The notes under the pieces are model-generated. The model was given only the letters and a program-made list of their open reading frames with translations. It had not been told where the DNA came from and ran no database searches. The position numbers were made by a program, and so were the translations under genes. A DNA stretch of 61,714 nt, filler included, from Chiloscyllium plagiosum (lineage: Eukaryota): the NCBI RefSeq assembly GCF_004010195.1. It is 7 parts of one record of this genome, joined end to end, with 100 filler letters (N's around TTAATTAATTAA, not from the genome) between each part and the next. Parts side by side here need not be neighbours in the genome. Positions count along the whole stretch, not along the records: positions 1 to 12,131 come from NC_057716.1; 6 more parts are not named here. The stretch is one strand, 5' to 3'. Shown one piece after another: positions 1 to 12,231 of the stretch. How positions within the stretch are numbered: position 1 is the stretch's first letter; every line of letters starts with the position of its first letter.

Positions 1-1322
1 TTGGGAAGGAGGTAGAACCGGGCAGTGCGGGGTTCCCGGACTATGAGGTTGGAAGCTGTGGGTAGGAGATCTCCTAAAGTGATGAGGTTCTGTATGGTCT
101 GGAAGATGGTTTGGTGATGGGGGGGGTGGGGTCATGGTCGAGGGGGCAGTAAGAAGAGGTGTCCTTGAGTTGGTGTTTGGCTTCAGCGGTGTAGAGGTCA
201 GTGCGCCTGACTACCACTGCACCCCCTTTGTCTGCTGTCTTAATGGTGAGGTCGGGATTGGAACATTGGGAGTGGAGGGCTGCACGTTGTGAGGGTGAGA
301 GGTTGGAGTGGGGGAGGGGGGTAGACAGGTTGAGGCGGCTAACATCCCAGCGGCAAATGGAAATGAAATGATCGAGGGCGGGTAATAGGCTGGCACGGGA
401 TGTCCAGGTGAATGGAGCGTGTTGGAGGCGGGTGAAGGGGTCCTCGGAAAGTGGGCGGGAGTCTTGCTTGTAAAAATGAGCACGGAGTTGGCGGAAGAAG
501 TGTTTGCCGTCTCAGCGTGTATTAAATTCATTGATGCGTGGGCGGAAGGTGATACAGGTGAATCCTTTGCCACGGACTGATCTTTCGTCCTCCATGAGGG
601 ACAGATCTGAAGGGATAATGAAAGGTCGGCAGGGCTGGGAGCTGGGAACCGATGTGGGTGTGGAGATGGGAGTGGGGGCAGAGCTTGTAACTGGAGTGGG
701 TGTGATGATGGGGGAATGGGAGTGGAGTCATGAGCAGGGGTGGTGTTCCCCTCAGGGTTCTGGGGGCCGGGAATGGTGACAGTGGGATCTGTGGGGGGCG
801 TGTCAGCAGAATGCAGGTGAGTGGCATTGGTGGGGGTGAAAGTGGTGGCAGACATGGCAGTAGGGGTGGCGGAAGTCACTGAGCGTGTGATATCAGCGAT
901 GATGTGAGGGGTGGAAGTGATGTCACGTGTGATGCATGAGGAATTGTGAGAGTGGCCATGATGGGGGCGGAAGTGACATCATCAATCAGCGTCGGGTGGC
1001 ATCTGCACCAGCTGCATGGCCCATGGGTGTCCGAGCAGTTCCAGAGGCCGGATGTCACGTGTGATGCATGAGGAATTGTGAGAGTGGCCATAATGGGGGC
1101 GGAAGTGACATCATCAATCAGCGTCGGGTGGCATCTGCACCAGCTGCATGGCCCATGGTGTCCGAGCAGTTCCAGAGGCCAGGGGAATCTTCTGCAATGT
1201 TTGAGGAGCGCTGGTTATGGAGATGCGGAGATAAAAGTTTGTTGTAATTACAGTTATTGATGTTTAAGATGGAGTTGAAATACTGTTTGTTGAGAGTATG
1301 AATTGTCCTGAGGATGTAGTAC
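1..1322 (-). mobile_element. Penelope-like element, 5' half of ORF (N-terminus to start of RT), frameshifted
   Basis: Minus-strand translation of 1-256 gives PDLTIKTADKGGAVVV...DLYTAEAKHQLKDTSSY...[18 protein letters not shown], the PLE pre-RT motifs (KxADKG, FYxLPK). The Pro/Thr/Ser-rich ORF 211..879 is the adjacent N-terminal region. Confidence 0.85.
919..1180. repeat. 132-bp direct tandem duplication inside the PLE
   Basis: GATGTCACGTGTGATGCATGAGG...TTCCAGAGGCC occurs at 919-1049 and again at 1051-1180, nearly identical. Confidence 0.9.
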
Positions 1323-1760
1323 ATGGGCCCCAGCTATGCCTGTCTCTTTGTTGGTTACATAGAACCATGACTATGTCCACGCAGGTCCATGACAGGTTCC
1401 GCCCCCATGACTTGTCCTACCTGCCTATCTTCTTTTCCACCTATCCACTCCACCCTCCCTCTGCCCCCGACCTATCACCTTCATCCCCTCCCCCTCTCAC
1501 CCATTGTACTCTATGCTACTTTCTCCCCACTCCCACCCTCCTCTAGCTTATCTCTCCACGCTTCAGGCTCCATGCCTTTATTCCTGATGAAGGGTTTTTG
1601 CCCAAAATGTCGATTTTACTGCTCCTAAGATGCTGCCTGAACTGCTGTGCTCTTCCAGCACCACTAATCCAGAATCTGGTTTCCAGCATCTGCAGTCATT
1701 GTTTTTACCGAATTGATTTTAACCCTACTGCGAATCCTCTTGCAAGGATGCCTGCCTTGA
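1323..1760 (+). mobile_element. PLE inverted part: short RT fragment plus 3' UTR/pLTR with decayed hammerhead motif
   Basis: 1323-1364 reads MGPSYACLFVGYIE (PLE RT motif). A pyrimidine-rich 3' UTR follows, then TTCCTGATGAAGGGTTTTTGCCCAAAATGTCG (1581-1612) and the pLTR tail GATGCTGCCTGAACTGCTGTGC...CAGCATCTGCAGTC. Confidence 0.8.
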
Positions 1761-1871
1761 TGAAACCCATGAAATGACCTAGACAGTGGCTGTTAAACCT
1801 CTTTTGTTGAACTGAAGCAGGTATGGTATGTTGGACATCCTCTTTCCATCTACAAAGAACAAATCCCTGTC

Positions 1872-1874
<3 letters not shown>

Positions 1875-1920
<46 letters not shown>
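1875..1920. repeat. (TA)n microsatellite
   Basis: Directly visible TA run with one TG interruption. Confidence 0.95.
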
Positions 1921-1921
<1 letters not shown>

Positions 1922-2049
1922 AAATACTTATATACCTTCTAGTATGCACAAGTATGCCACATTGCAAGAAATGTGTTGACAACCAACTTAGGAATATTAG
2001 TTGGGCTGCAAATCATATAATCTTCAAGAATTCTTAAAAATATTAGCTT

Positions 2050-2228
2050 ATTAATGAACCAGATGGGTTTTTCCAACAATGGATTCATGGTCATCATTAG
2101 ACTTATTAAATCCAGATATTTATTGAATTTAAAGTCCACCATCTGCCATGGTAGGATTTAAACTTGGGTCTCCAGAATATTACTTGGGCCTCTCGATTAA
2201 TAGCCCAGTGATAATATCACCAAGCCAT
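2050..2228 (-). mobile_element. tRNA-derived SINE (non-HE1 family), 5' part
   Basis: Shares CCACCATCTGCCATG...GGATTT(G/A)AAC and ATGGT(T/C)CATG segments with copies at 3275-3740 and 52355-52605. The minus strand has an A/B-box-like head. Confidence 0.65.
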
Positions 2229-3274
2229 TTCATGGGTTTCATCGTCTTGCCAAGAAAAATGTCCAACAAACCAAAGATTCTCACTCTTGGAACAACTGCC
2301 TGAAATCTTTTGTGCACTTACTAATGCTTTGTCATCTTTCCTAAAGCATGGCACCCAGAACTGGATACAATACTCAAGTTGAGGCTGAACCAGTGTTCTA
2401 TACAGCTTTCACAAAACTTATTTGTTTTTGGAATCTCAGCCTCCACAGAGATATAAAGGGAGGACACTGAGTGTTTTATTAATTATTCTATCAGCAAGAG
2501 TCAAATAGCCTCCACTGTGCCATAACCATTCTTTGACTCTGATTCATTGATATCAGCATCAAATTTTTAATGCCTTGAAGGGCTTTCTTGTAAAGCAGTC
2601 GTGGATTACATTCTCAAAGGAGCTTAATTGCCACAGAGTTTAATGTAAGTGGACATAAAACAACTGAAGCAAATTCTACATTACTTTTGCAGGCCACTTT
2701 CAGAAGCTGAATTGAAACTAGATATTGGAAAGGAAAGTTCCCCTCAATGTTGCACATGTAGCATTATGTTGCCAGCGCTGAATCCATTTCCTGGAATTCC
2801 ATGCCCATTAGCACTGTGGCAGTACCTTCACAACAGGGAGTGTTGCAGTCCAAGAAACCACCTCAGCATCTAAGGATGGAATATCGATGTCAGCCTTGAC
2901 AATGAAAGCCATATCCCTGAATTTCTTTAAGCATTATTTTCAAATAGATGAGGAAAGAATCATTGCTAACGTCTGTGAGTGGGTATTGCAGGGACGAAAA
3001 GGAGTAACTGCCCATTGAATAGAATGAAAGAGGAAGAAACAGTTGAAGGGGGAGAGAGAGATAATGAAGAGAGAAATACTGAACCAAGGTAATTAGTCTG
3101 ACACAGCAAAGTTTTATTTTGTCTCTGTTCTGAAATAAAATTACATCGTAATTTTAATTCATGTAATTTCTGTTCTGTTCTAATTGAAATATTAACTTTG
3201 ATTCCTCTCCATGGATGCTGCAAGACCTGCTGACCTGCCGAGCTTTTCCAGCAATTTCCGTTTTGGTTTAAAGC

Positions 3275-3740
3275 TTTTCATTTACTCATTCTCAGGGTAA
3301 GGGTGTCATTGGTTGGGCCAATATTTCTCACCCATCCCTAATTGCCCAGAAGGCAGTTAAGTGTCAACCACATTGCTATACATTTGGAGTCACAAGGAGG
3401 CCAAACCAGGTAAAGATGGCACTTCCGTCCTGGAAGGACATTAGTGAAGCAGATACATTTTTAAAACAATGGTTTCATGAACGCTATCATAAGACTGTTA
3501 ATTCCAGATTTTCATTGAATCCAAATTCCACCATCTGCCATGACAGGATTTGAACCCAGGTATCCGGAAGATTGCCTGGGTCTTTCGATTGATAGTCTAG
3601 AGATAATATCAGATTCTGGATCAGTGGTGCTGGAAGAGCACAGCAATTCAGGCAGCATCCGAGGACAGGCAAAATCGATGTTTCGGGCAAAAGCCCTTCA
3701 TCAGGAGATAATACCACTAAGGTATTGCCTCCCCAACAAG
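3275..3740 (-). mobile_element. tRNA-derived SINE with LINE-like 3' tail, interrupted by a PLE mini-insert
   Basis: Tail CCCATCCCTAATTGCCC matches the LINE tails at 24870-24900 and 55075-55200. The head ends near 3737. A PLE insert occupies 3609-3704. Confidence 0.7.
3609..3704 (-). mobile_element. 96-nt PLE pLTR mini-insert carrying a hammerhead motif, with 9-bp TSD
   Basis: GAGATAATA at 3600-3608 and 3705-3713. The minus strand reads CTGATGAAGGGCTTTTGCCCGAAACATCG. Confidence 0.85.
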
Positions 3741-4709
3741 TTACGGCCATGTATTTAAAGTACAGGAGAGATTGCGGAAAAGACATTTGAATGATATTAA
3801 TAAACAATGAGTCCAGATATGAAATTCAGCAGTGGTTTGTGTGGGGTATGGGAGGAAGAATATTCTTCACATTATCTAAGACTAATGCTTGTTGTTATAT
3901 TGTGGAGGGCTCACTATGATTGCTGTGTTTCAGACAAACCAGAAAATATTTTGATCGTTGTGATTACTGCCTTCCCCTCTACTTTAAACGGAACAGAATG
4001 ATATACTGGGAATTGGAACTGCATTGAGCTCCTGAAATAAGAAATTAGCTGCTGTGAATGTTGTGATAGAGCATCATCACACTAGCCATTGTAACAAGAT
4101 TATGGTGCTGCATCTGCTGTATCTTTTGCATTAAGACTTTTTGATTGTGTTGTTTGCATTTTAACATAATCGGGTTACTGGCTGAGAGGCTTATTTTGAT
4201 TTAGTAACTTTGTCAGTGATGGAGGACCTTCTTGAAGGGATTAATTATCTGATATTTTCCCTTGTTATTGTTCCTTTAAAAGGACCCATGAACACATGTG
4301 TAATGCTGATAAGTAAACTCCAAACTACCCAATAAAAGTGTTATTCTTTTATTCTTATTTTCGATTCAGGGACATAACAAACACACAATTCCCTTAAGGA
4401 TTTCTCAATGCATTGCCTCGTGGCAGACTGAACAGTCTTTTCTTCTGATATAAAAATGCAAGATGTCTGGAAACTCAGCAGGTCAGCCAGGATCTGTAGG
4501 GAAAGGAATGGAGCTTCTCAGTATGATAATGTGATTAGTGAATGAACAATCCACTGATCTGAACTAATGATCCATGACTTATGAATTCCATTCCCATCAT
4601 GGTGGCTGGGAAATGCTCAATTCATTAAACAAATTGGAAACAAAAATAAAGTTTTAACCACAAAATGAGCAGAGTTGCAAAAACCTGTCTGGATTCACTA
4701 ACCCTCTTA

Positions 4710-5340
4710 ATCACAGAAGTGTTACAGTGTGAAGGAGGCCCTTCAGCCCATCTTGTCTGCACTGGCTTTCTCAGTGTTTTAACTTAACGCCAATCTCCTG
4801 CCGTTTCTTCATAAACATGTTCCTTTTTAAATAACCATCCCAATGTCCTCTCAATTGCCTCGGCAGAACCAGCATTCACCTCATTTCCAGATACTGCAGT
4901 TCAGATCTGTACCAATCATTGTCTGAAACAGTTTCTTCTCATCTTGCATTTGCTGCTTTTGCAAAACAATTTAAAACTGTTCCCATTAGTTCTTAATCCA
5001 TTTGCAAATGGGTACCGTCTCTAACCATCTAGAACCCTGAAGAAAATATTAAGAAGATATTGACAACTTCTCCTCACTCCCCACTTAGGCCCCTCCTCTC
5101 CAAGAAAAACTACCACAATGTCTCCAGTGTATCATCATAAATGAAGTTTGTCATCCCAGTTGTAAACCGTTCCCATAAACCTCTTCTGCATTCCCACCTT
5201 CCTTGAATGTGACACACAGAACTATAAAAATCACCAGCTGAAATCTCATCAGTGTCTTAAAAATAATTATAACTTCACTGTCTTTTACTGACACCTACAA
5301 TGCCATAAGCTTTATTTGAAATTGATATTTATTGGCAAGA
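4710..5340 (-). mobile_element. Old degraded CR1 3' fragment
   Basis: Starts with the CR1-type tail AGGAGGCCCTTCAGCCCATC and continues collinearly, in decayed form, with the younger minus-strand CR1 ends in this window. Confidence 0.55.
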
Positions 5341-5458
5341 GTATGGCCACCAAGCTTTGGCACTATTTCAAGGTACTTAAAAAAAAAGTTTTAATGTTTT
5401 AAAAAAGAGAACTTTAAAAAAGTGCAACTTTTCACGGCCATCAATAGACCCCTCCTCA

Positions 5459-8400
5459 ACATCACCACCAGAGCCCTGCTCTGAGAGTCACTAATCACTG
5501 CCACACTGCTGCCAGAGTCCCACTTCAAGAATCACCAATCGCTGCCACACCACCGCCAGAGCCCTGCTCCGAGAGTCACCAATCACTGCTACACCACCGC
5601 CAGAGTCCCATACTGAGCTTCACCAATCACTGCCTCACTACCGCCAGAGTCCCATATTGAGCTTCACCAATCACTGCCTCACCACCACCAGAGTCCCACA
5701 CTGAGCTTCACCAATCACTGCCTCACCACCGCCAGAGTCCCACTCCGAGAGTCACCAATCACTGCCACACCACCACCAGAGTCCCACTCCGAGAGTCACC
5801 AATCACTGCCTCACCCCCAACAGAGTCCCACAATGAGCTTCACCAATCACTGCCACACCACCGCCAGAGTCTCACTCCGAGAGTCACCAATCACAGCCAC
5901 ACCATCACCAGAGTCCCACACTGAGCTTCACCAATCACTGCCACACCCCCAACAGAGTCCCACGGTGAGCTTCACCAATCATCGTCACACCACCGCCAGA
6001 GTCCCGCTCCGAGAGTCACCAATCACTGCCACACCACCGCCAGAGGACCACAGTGACCTTCACTAATCACGGCCTCACCACCACCAGAGTCCCGCTCGGA
6101 GCTTCACCAATCACTGCCACACCACCGCCAGAGTCCACACTGAACTTCATCAATCACTGCCTCACCACTGCCAGAGTCCCACACTGAGCTTCACCAATCA
6201 CTGCCTCACCACCACCAGAGTCCCACACTGAGCTTCACCAATCACAAGCTCATCACCGCCAGAGTCCCGCCCTGAGCTTCACCAATCGCTGCCACACAAC
6301 CAGCAGATTCCCGCTCTGTGCTTCACCAATCATTGTCACACCACCAACAGCATCACACTCCGAGAGTCACCAATCACTGCCACACCACCACCAGAGTCCC
6401 GCTCTGAGATTCACCAATCACAACCTCACCACCGCCAGAGTCCCACTCCGAGAGTCACCAATCACTGCCTCACCTCCACCAGAGTCCCACTCCGAGAGTC
6501 ACCAATCACAACCTCACCACCGCCAGAGTCCCACTCCGAGAGTCACCAATCACTGCCTCACCCCCAACAGAGTCCCACACTGAGCTTCACCAATCACTGC
6601 CACACCACCGCCAGAGTCCCGCTCTGAGATTCACCAATCACTGTCACACCACCGCCAGAGTCCCGCTCTGAGCTTCACCAATCACTGCCTCACCACTGCC
6701 AGGGTCCCACACTGAGCTTCACCAATCACTGCCTCACCACCGCCAGATCCCACACTGAGCTTCACCAATCACTGCCACACCACCGCCAGAGTCCTGCTGT
6801 GAGCTTCACCAATCACTACCACACCACTGTCAGAGTCCCGCTCTGAGCTTCAACAATCACTGCCTCACCTCTGCCAGAGTTCCGCTCCAAAGTCACCAAT
6901 CACTGCCACGCCACCGCCATTATCCTGCTCTGAGCATCACCAATCACTGCCACACCACCACCAGAGTCCCGCTCTGAGCTTCACCAATCACTGCCTCACC
7001 ACCGCTAGTGTCTCACACTGAGCTTCACCAATCACTGCCTCACCACCGCCAGACCCACACTGAGCTTCACCAATCACTGCCACAACACCGCCTGAGACCG
7101 GTTTTAAAATTCAGCAATCACTGTCACACCACCGCCAGCACCCCGCTCTGAGCTTCACCAATCACTACTTCACCACCGCCAGAGTCCCACACTGAGCTTC
7201 ACCAATCACTGCCTCACCACTGCCAGTGTCCCACACTGAACTTCACCAATCACTGCCACACCACCGCCAGAGTCCCACTCTGAGATTCACCAATCACTAC
7301 CACACCACCCCCAGAGTCCCACACTGAGCTTCACCAATCACTGCCTTACCACTGCCAGTGTCCCACACTAAGCTTCACCAATCACTGCCTCACCACCGCC
7401 AGATCCCACACTGAGTTTCACCAATCACTACCTCACCACCATCAGAGTCCTGCTCTGAGCTTCACCAATCACTGCCTCACCACCGCCAGAGTCCCACACT
7501 GAGCTTCACCAATCACTGCCTCACCACTGCCAGAGTTCCGCTCCAAAGTCACCAATCACTGCCACGCCCACCGCAATTGTCCTGCTCTGAGCATCACCAA
7601 TCACTGCCACACCACCAGCAGAGTCCCGCTCTGAGCTTCACCAATCACTGCCTCACCACTGCCAGAGTCCCACACTGAGCTTCAACATTCACTGCCTCAC
7701 CACCGCCAGATCCCACACCGAGCTTCACCAATCACTGCCTCACCACCGCCAAATCCCACACTGAGATTCACCAATCACTGCCTCACCACTGCCAGAGTTC
7801 CGCTCCAAAGTCACCAATCACTGCCATGCCCACCGCCATTGTCCCGCTCTGTGCTTCACCAATCACTGCCACACCACCAACAGCATCACACTCCGAGAGT
7901 CACCAATCACTGCCACACCACCGCCAGAGACCCATTCCAAGAGTAACCAATCACTGCCACACCACCGCCAGAGTCCCACACTGAGCTTCACCAATCACTG
8001 CCTCACCACCGCCAGGGTCCCACACTGAGCTTCACCAATCATTGCCTCACCACCGCCAGATCCCACACTGTGCTTCACCAATCACTGCCACACCACCGCC
8101 AAAGTCCCGCTCTGAGATTCACCAATCACTGTCACACCACCGCCAGAGTACCGCTCTGAGCTTCACCAATCACTGCCTCACCACCGCCAGAGTCCCACAC
8201 TGAGATTCAACAATCACTGCCTCACCACTGTCAGTGTCCCACACTGAGCTTCACCAATCACGGCCTCACCACCGCCAGTGTCCCACACTGAGCTTCACCA
8301 ATCACNNNNNNNNNNNNNNNNNNNNNNNNNNNNNNNNNNNNNNNNNNNNNNNNNNNNNNNNNNNNNNNNNNNNNNNNNNNNNNNNNNNNNNNNNNNNNNN

Positions 8401-11400
8401 NNNNNNNNNNNNNNNNNNNNNNNNNNNNNNNNNNNNNNNNNNNNNNNNNNNNNNNNNNNNNNNNNNNNNNNNNNNNNNNNNNNNNNNNNNNNNNNNNNNN
8501 NNNNNNNNNNNNNNNNNNNNNNNNNNNNNNNNNNNNNNNNNNNNNNNNNNNNNNNNNNNNNNNNNNNNNNNNNNNNNNNNNNNNNNNNNNNNNNNNNNNN
8601 NNNNNNNNNNNNNNNNNNNNNNNNNNNNNNNNNNNNNNNNNNNNNNNNNNNNNNNNNNNNNNNNNNNNNNNNNNNNNNNNNNNNNNNNNNNNNNNNNNNN
8701 NNNNNNNNNNNNNNNNNNNNNNNNNNNNNNNNNNNNNNNNNNNNNNNNNNNNNNNNNNNNNNNNNNNNNNNNNNNNNNNNNNNNNNNNNNNNNNNNNNNN
8801 NNNNNNNNNNNNNNNNNNNNNNNNNNNNNNNNNNNNNNNNNNNNNNNNNNNNNNNNNNNNNNNNNNNNNNNNNAGCTTCACCAATCACTGCCTCACCACC
8901 GCCAGAGTCCCACACTGAGCTTCACCAATCACTGTCACACCACCGCCAGAGTCCCACTCCGAGAGTCACCAATCACTGCCTCACCACCGCCAGAGTCCCA
9001 CACTGAGCTTCACCAATCACTACCTCACCACTGCCAGTGTCCCACACTGAACTTCACCAATCACTACCTCACCACCGCCAGAGTCCCGCTCTGAGCTTCA
9101 CCAATCACTACCTCACCACCGCCAGAGTCCCACACTGAGCTTCACCAATCACTACCTCACCACTGCCAGTGTCCCACACTGAGCTTCACCAGTCACTGCC
9201 TCACCACCGCCAGATCCCACACCGAGCTTCACCAATCACTGCCTCACCACTGCCAGTGTCCCACACTGAACTTCACCAATCACTGCCACACCACCGCCAG
9301 AGTCCCACTCTGAGCTTCACCAATCACTGCCTCACCACTGCCAGAGTTCCACTCCAAAGTCACCAATCACTGCCACGCCCACCGCCATTGTCCTGCTCTG
9401 AGCATCACCAATCACTGCCACACCACCACCAGAGTCCCGCTCTGAGCTTCACCAATCACTGCCTCACCACCGCCAGAGTCCCACACTGAGCTTCAACATT
9501 CACTGCCTCACCACCGCCAGATCCCACACCGAGCTTCACCAATCACTGCCTCACCACCGCCAGATCCCACACTGAGATTCACCAATCACTGCCTCACCAC
9601 CGCCAGAGTCCCACACTGAGCTTCACCAATCACTACCTCACCACTGCCAGTGTCCCACACTGAGCTTCACCAATCACTACCTCACCACCGCCAGAGTCCC
9701 GCTCTGAGCTTCACCAATCACTACCTCACCACCGCCAGAGTTCCACACTGAGCTTCACCAATCATTACCTCACCACTGCCAGTGTCCCACACTGAGCTTC
9801 ACCAATCACTGCCTCATCACTGCCAGATCCCACACTGAGCTTCACCAATCACTGCCACACCACCGCCAGGGTCCTGCTCTGAGCTTCACCAATCACTGCC
9901 ACACCACCACCAGGGTCCCACATTGAGCTTCAACAATCACTGCCTCACCCCTGCCAGAGTTCCGCTCCAAAGTCACCAATCACTGCCACACCACCACCAT
10001 AGTCCCACACTGAGCTTCACTAATCACTGCCTCACCACCGCCAGTGTCCCACACTGAGCTTCACCAATCACTGCCTCACCACCGCCAGATCGCACACTGT
10101 GCTTCACCAATCACTGCCTCTCCACCGCCATAGTTCCACACTGAACTTCACCAATCACTGCCTCACCACTGCCAGTGTCCCACACTGAGCTTCACCAATC
10201 ACTGCCTCACCACTGCCAGAGTTCCGCTCCAAAGTCACCAATCACTACCACGCCCACCGCCAGAGTCCCGCTCTGAGCTTTACCAGGCACTGTAATACCA
10301 CCACCAGACTCCCGCTCTGAGCTTCAACAATCACTGCCTTACCACCACCAGAGTCCCGCTCTGAGCTTCAACAATCACTGCCTCACCACCGCCAGAGTCC
10401 CACACTGAGCTTCACCAATCACTCCCTCACCACCGCCAGAGTCCCACTCCGAGAGTCACCAATCACTGCCACACCACCGCCAGAGTCCCACACTGAGCTT
10501 CACCAATCACTGCCTCACCATCCCAGGAGTCCCACACTGAGCTTCACCAATCACTGTCACACCACCACCAGATCCCACACTTGGCTTCACCAATCACTGT
10601 CACACAACCACCAGTGTACCGCTCTGAGATTCACCAATCACTGCCACACCACCACCAGAGTCCCGCTCTGAGTTTCCACAATCACTGTCTCACCACCGCC
10701 AGATTCCCACTCCGAGAGTCACGAATCACTGCCACACCACCGCCAGAGTCCCACACTGAGCTTCACCAATCACTGCCACACCACCGCCAGAGTCCCGCTC
10801 TGAGTCTCCACAATCACTGTCACACCACCACCAGAGTCCCGCTCTGAGTTTCCACAATCACTGCCTCACCACCGCCAGAGTCCCACACTGAGCTTCACCA
10901 ATCACTGCCACACCACCGCCAGAGTACCGCTCTGAGCTTCAACAATCACTGCAACACCACCACCAGAGTCCCGCTCTGAGTTTCCACAATCACTGTCTCA
11001 CCACCGCCAGAGTCCCGCTCTGAGCTTCACCAATCACTACCTCACCACCACCAGATCCCACACTGAGCTTCACCAATCATTGCCTCACCACCGCTAGTGT
11101 CTCACACTGAGCTTCACCAATCACTGCCTCACCACTGCCAGATCCCACACTGAGCATCACCAATCACTGACTCACCACCACCAGATCCCACACTGAGCAT
11201 CACCAATCACTGCCACACCACCACCAGAGGCCCAGTCCGAGAGTCACCAATCACTACCACATCACCGCCAGGTTCCCGCTCTGAGCTTCACCAAGCACTG
11301 TTATACCACCACCAGATTCCCGCTCTGAGCTTCAACAATCACTGCCTCACCACTGCCAGAGTTCCGCTCCAATGTCACCAATCACTGCCACACCACCGCC

Positions 11401-12131
11401 AGAGTCACGCTCTGAGCTTCACCAATAAATGCCACAGAATCACCAGATTCCCACTCTGAGCTTCAACAATCACTGCCACACCACTGCCAGAGCTCCACTC
11501 CAAAGTCACCAATCACTGCCACTCCACCGCCAGAGTCCTGCTCTGAGCTTCACGAATCACTGCCATACCACCACCAGAGTCCTGCACTGAGTTTCACCAA
11601 TAATTGCTTCACCACCGCCAGTGTCCCACACTGAGCTTCACCAATCACTGCCTCACCACCGCCAGTGTCCCACTCCAATGTCACCAATCACTGCCACACC
11701 ACCGCCAGAGTCACGCTCTGAGCTTCACCAATAAATGCCACAGAATCACCAGATTCCCACTCTGAGCTTCAACAATCACTGCCACACCACTGCCAGAGCT
11801 CCACTCCAAAGTCACCAATCACTGCCACACCACCGCCAGAGTCACGCTCTGAGCTTCACCAATAAATGCCACAGAATCACCAGATTCCCACTCTGAGCTT
11901 CAACAATCACTGCCACACCACTGCCAGAGCTCCACTCCAAAGTCACCAATCACTGCCACTCCACCGCCAGAGTCCTGCTCTGAGCTTCACTAATCACTGC
12001 CATACCACCACCAGAGTCCTGCACTGAGTTTCACCAATAATTGCTTCACCACCGCCAGTGTCCCACACTGAACTTCACCAATCACTACCGCACCACCACC
12101 AGAGTCCCACACTGAGCTTCACCAATCACTG
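5459..12131. repeat. 44-bp satellite array (~140 sequenced units, internal N gap, truncated by join)
   Basis: Consensus CACCAATCACTGCCTCACCACCGCCAGAGTCCCACACTGAGCTT, with 43-bp variants. Strongly C/A-rich top strand. Gap at 8306-8873. Confidence 0.97.
8306..8873. other. Assembly gap (568 N)
   Basis: Run of N within the satellite. Confidence 0.99.
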
Positions 12132-12231
12132 NNNNNNNNNNNNNNNNNNNNNNNNNNNNNNNNNNNNNNNNNNNNTTAATTAATTAANNNNNNNNNNNNN
12201 NNNNNNNNNNNNNNNNNNNNNNNNNNNNNNN
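12132..12231. other. Artificial join: 44 N + TTAATTAATTAA + 44 N (identical joins at 26160-26259, 35612-35711, 42797-42896, 51101-51200, 57471-57570)
   Basis: The same 100-nt structure occurs six times. The 12-mer gives stop codons in all six frames, typical of a scaffolding linker. Confidence 0.97.

Noticed and set aside
5459..12131. CRISPR-like array or repeat-protein ORFs (SHTELHQSLPHH...)
   Set aside because: Units are contiguous with no unique spacers, there are no cas genes and the context is eukaryotic. The 44-bp period shifts frame, and the long ORFs only span Ns.
5459..12131. CTCF sites or RAG recombination signals in the satellite
   Set aside because: CCGCCAGAGTCCC lacks the GGC of the CTCF core. 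CACACTG is not a CACAGTG heptamer and no nonamer is present.
12176..12187. TTAATTAATTAA as a biological palindrome or piggyBac TTAA target
   Set aside because: Always centred in an identical N spacer, so it is a synthetic linker.
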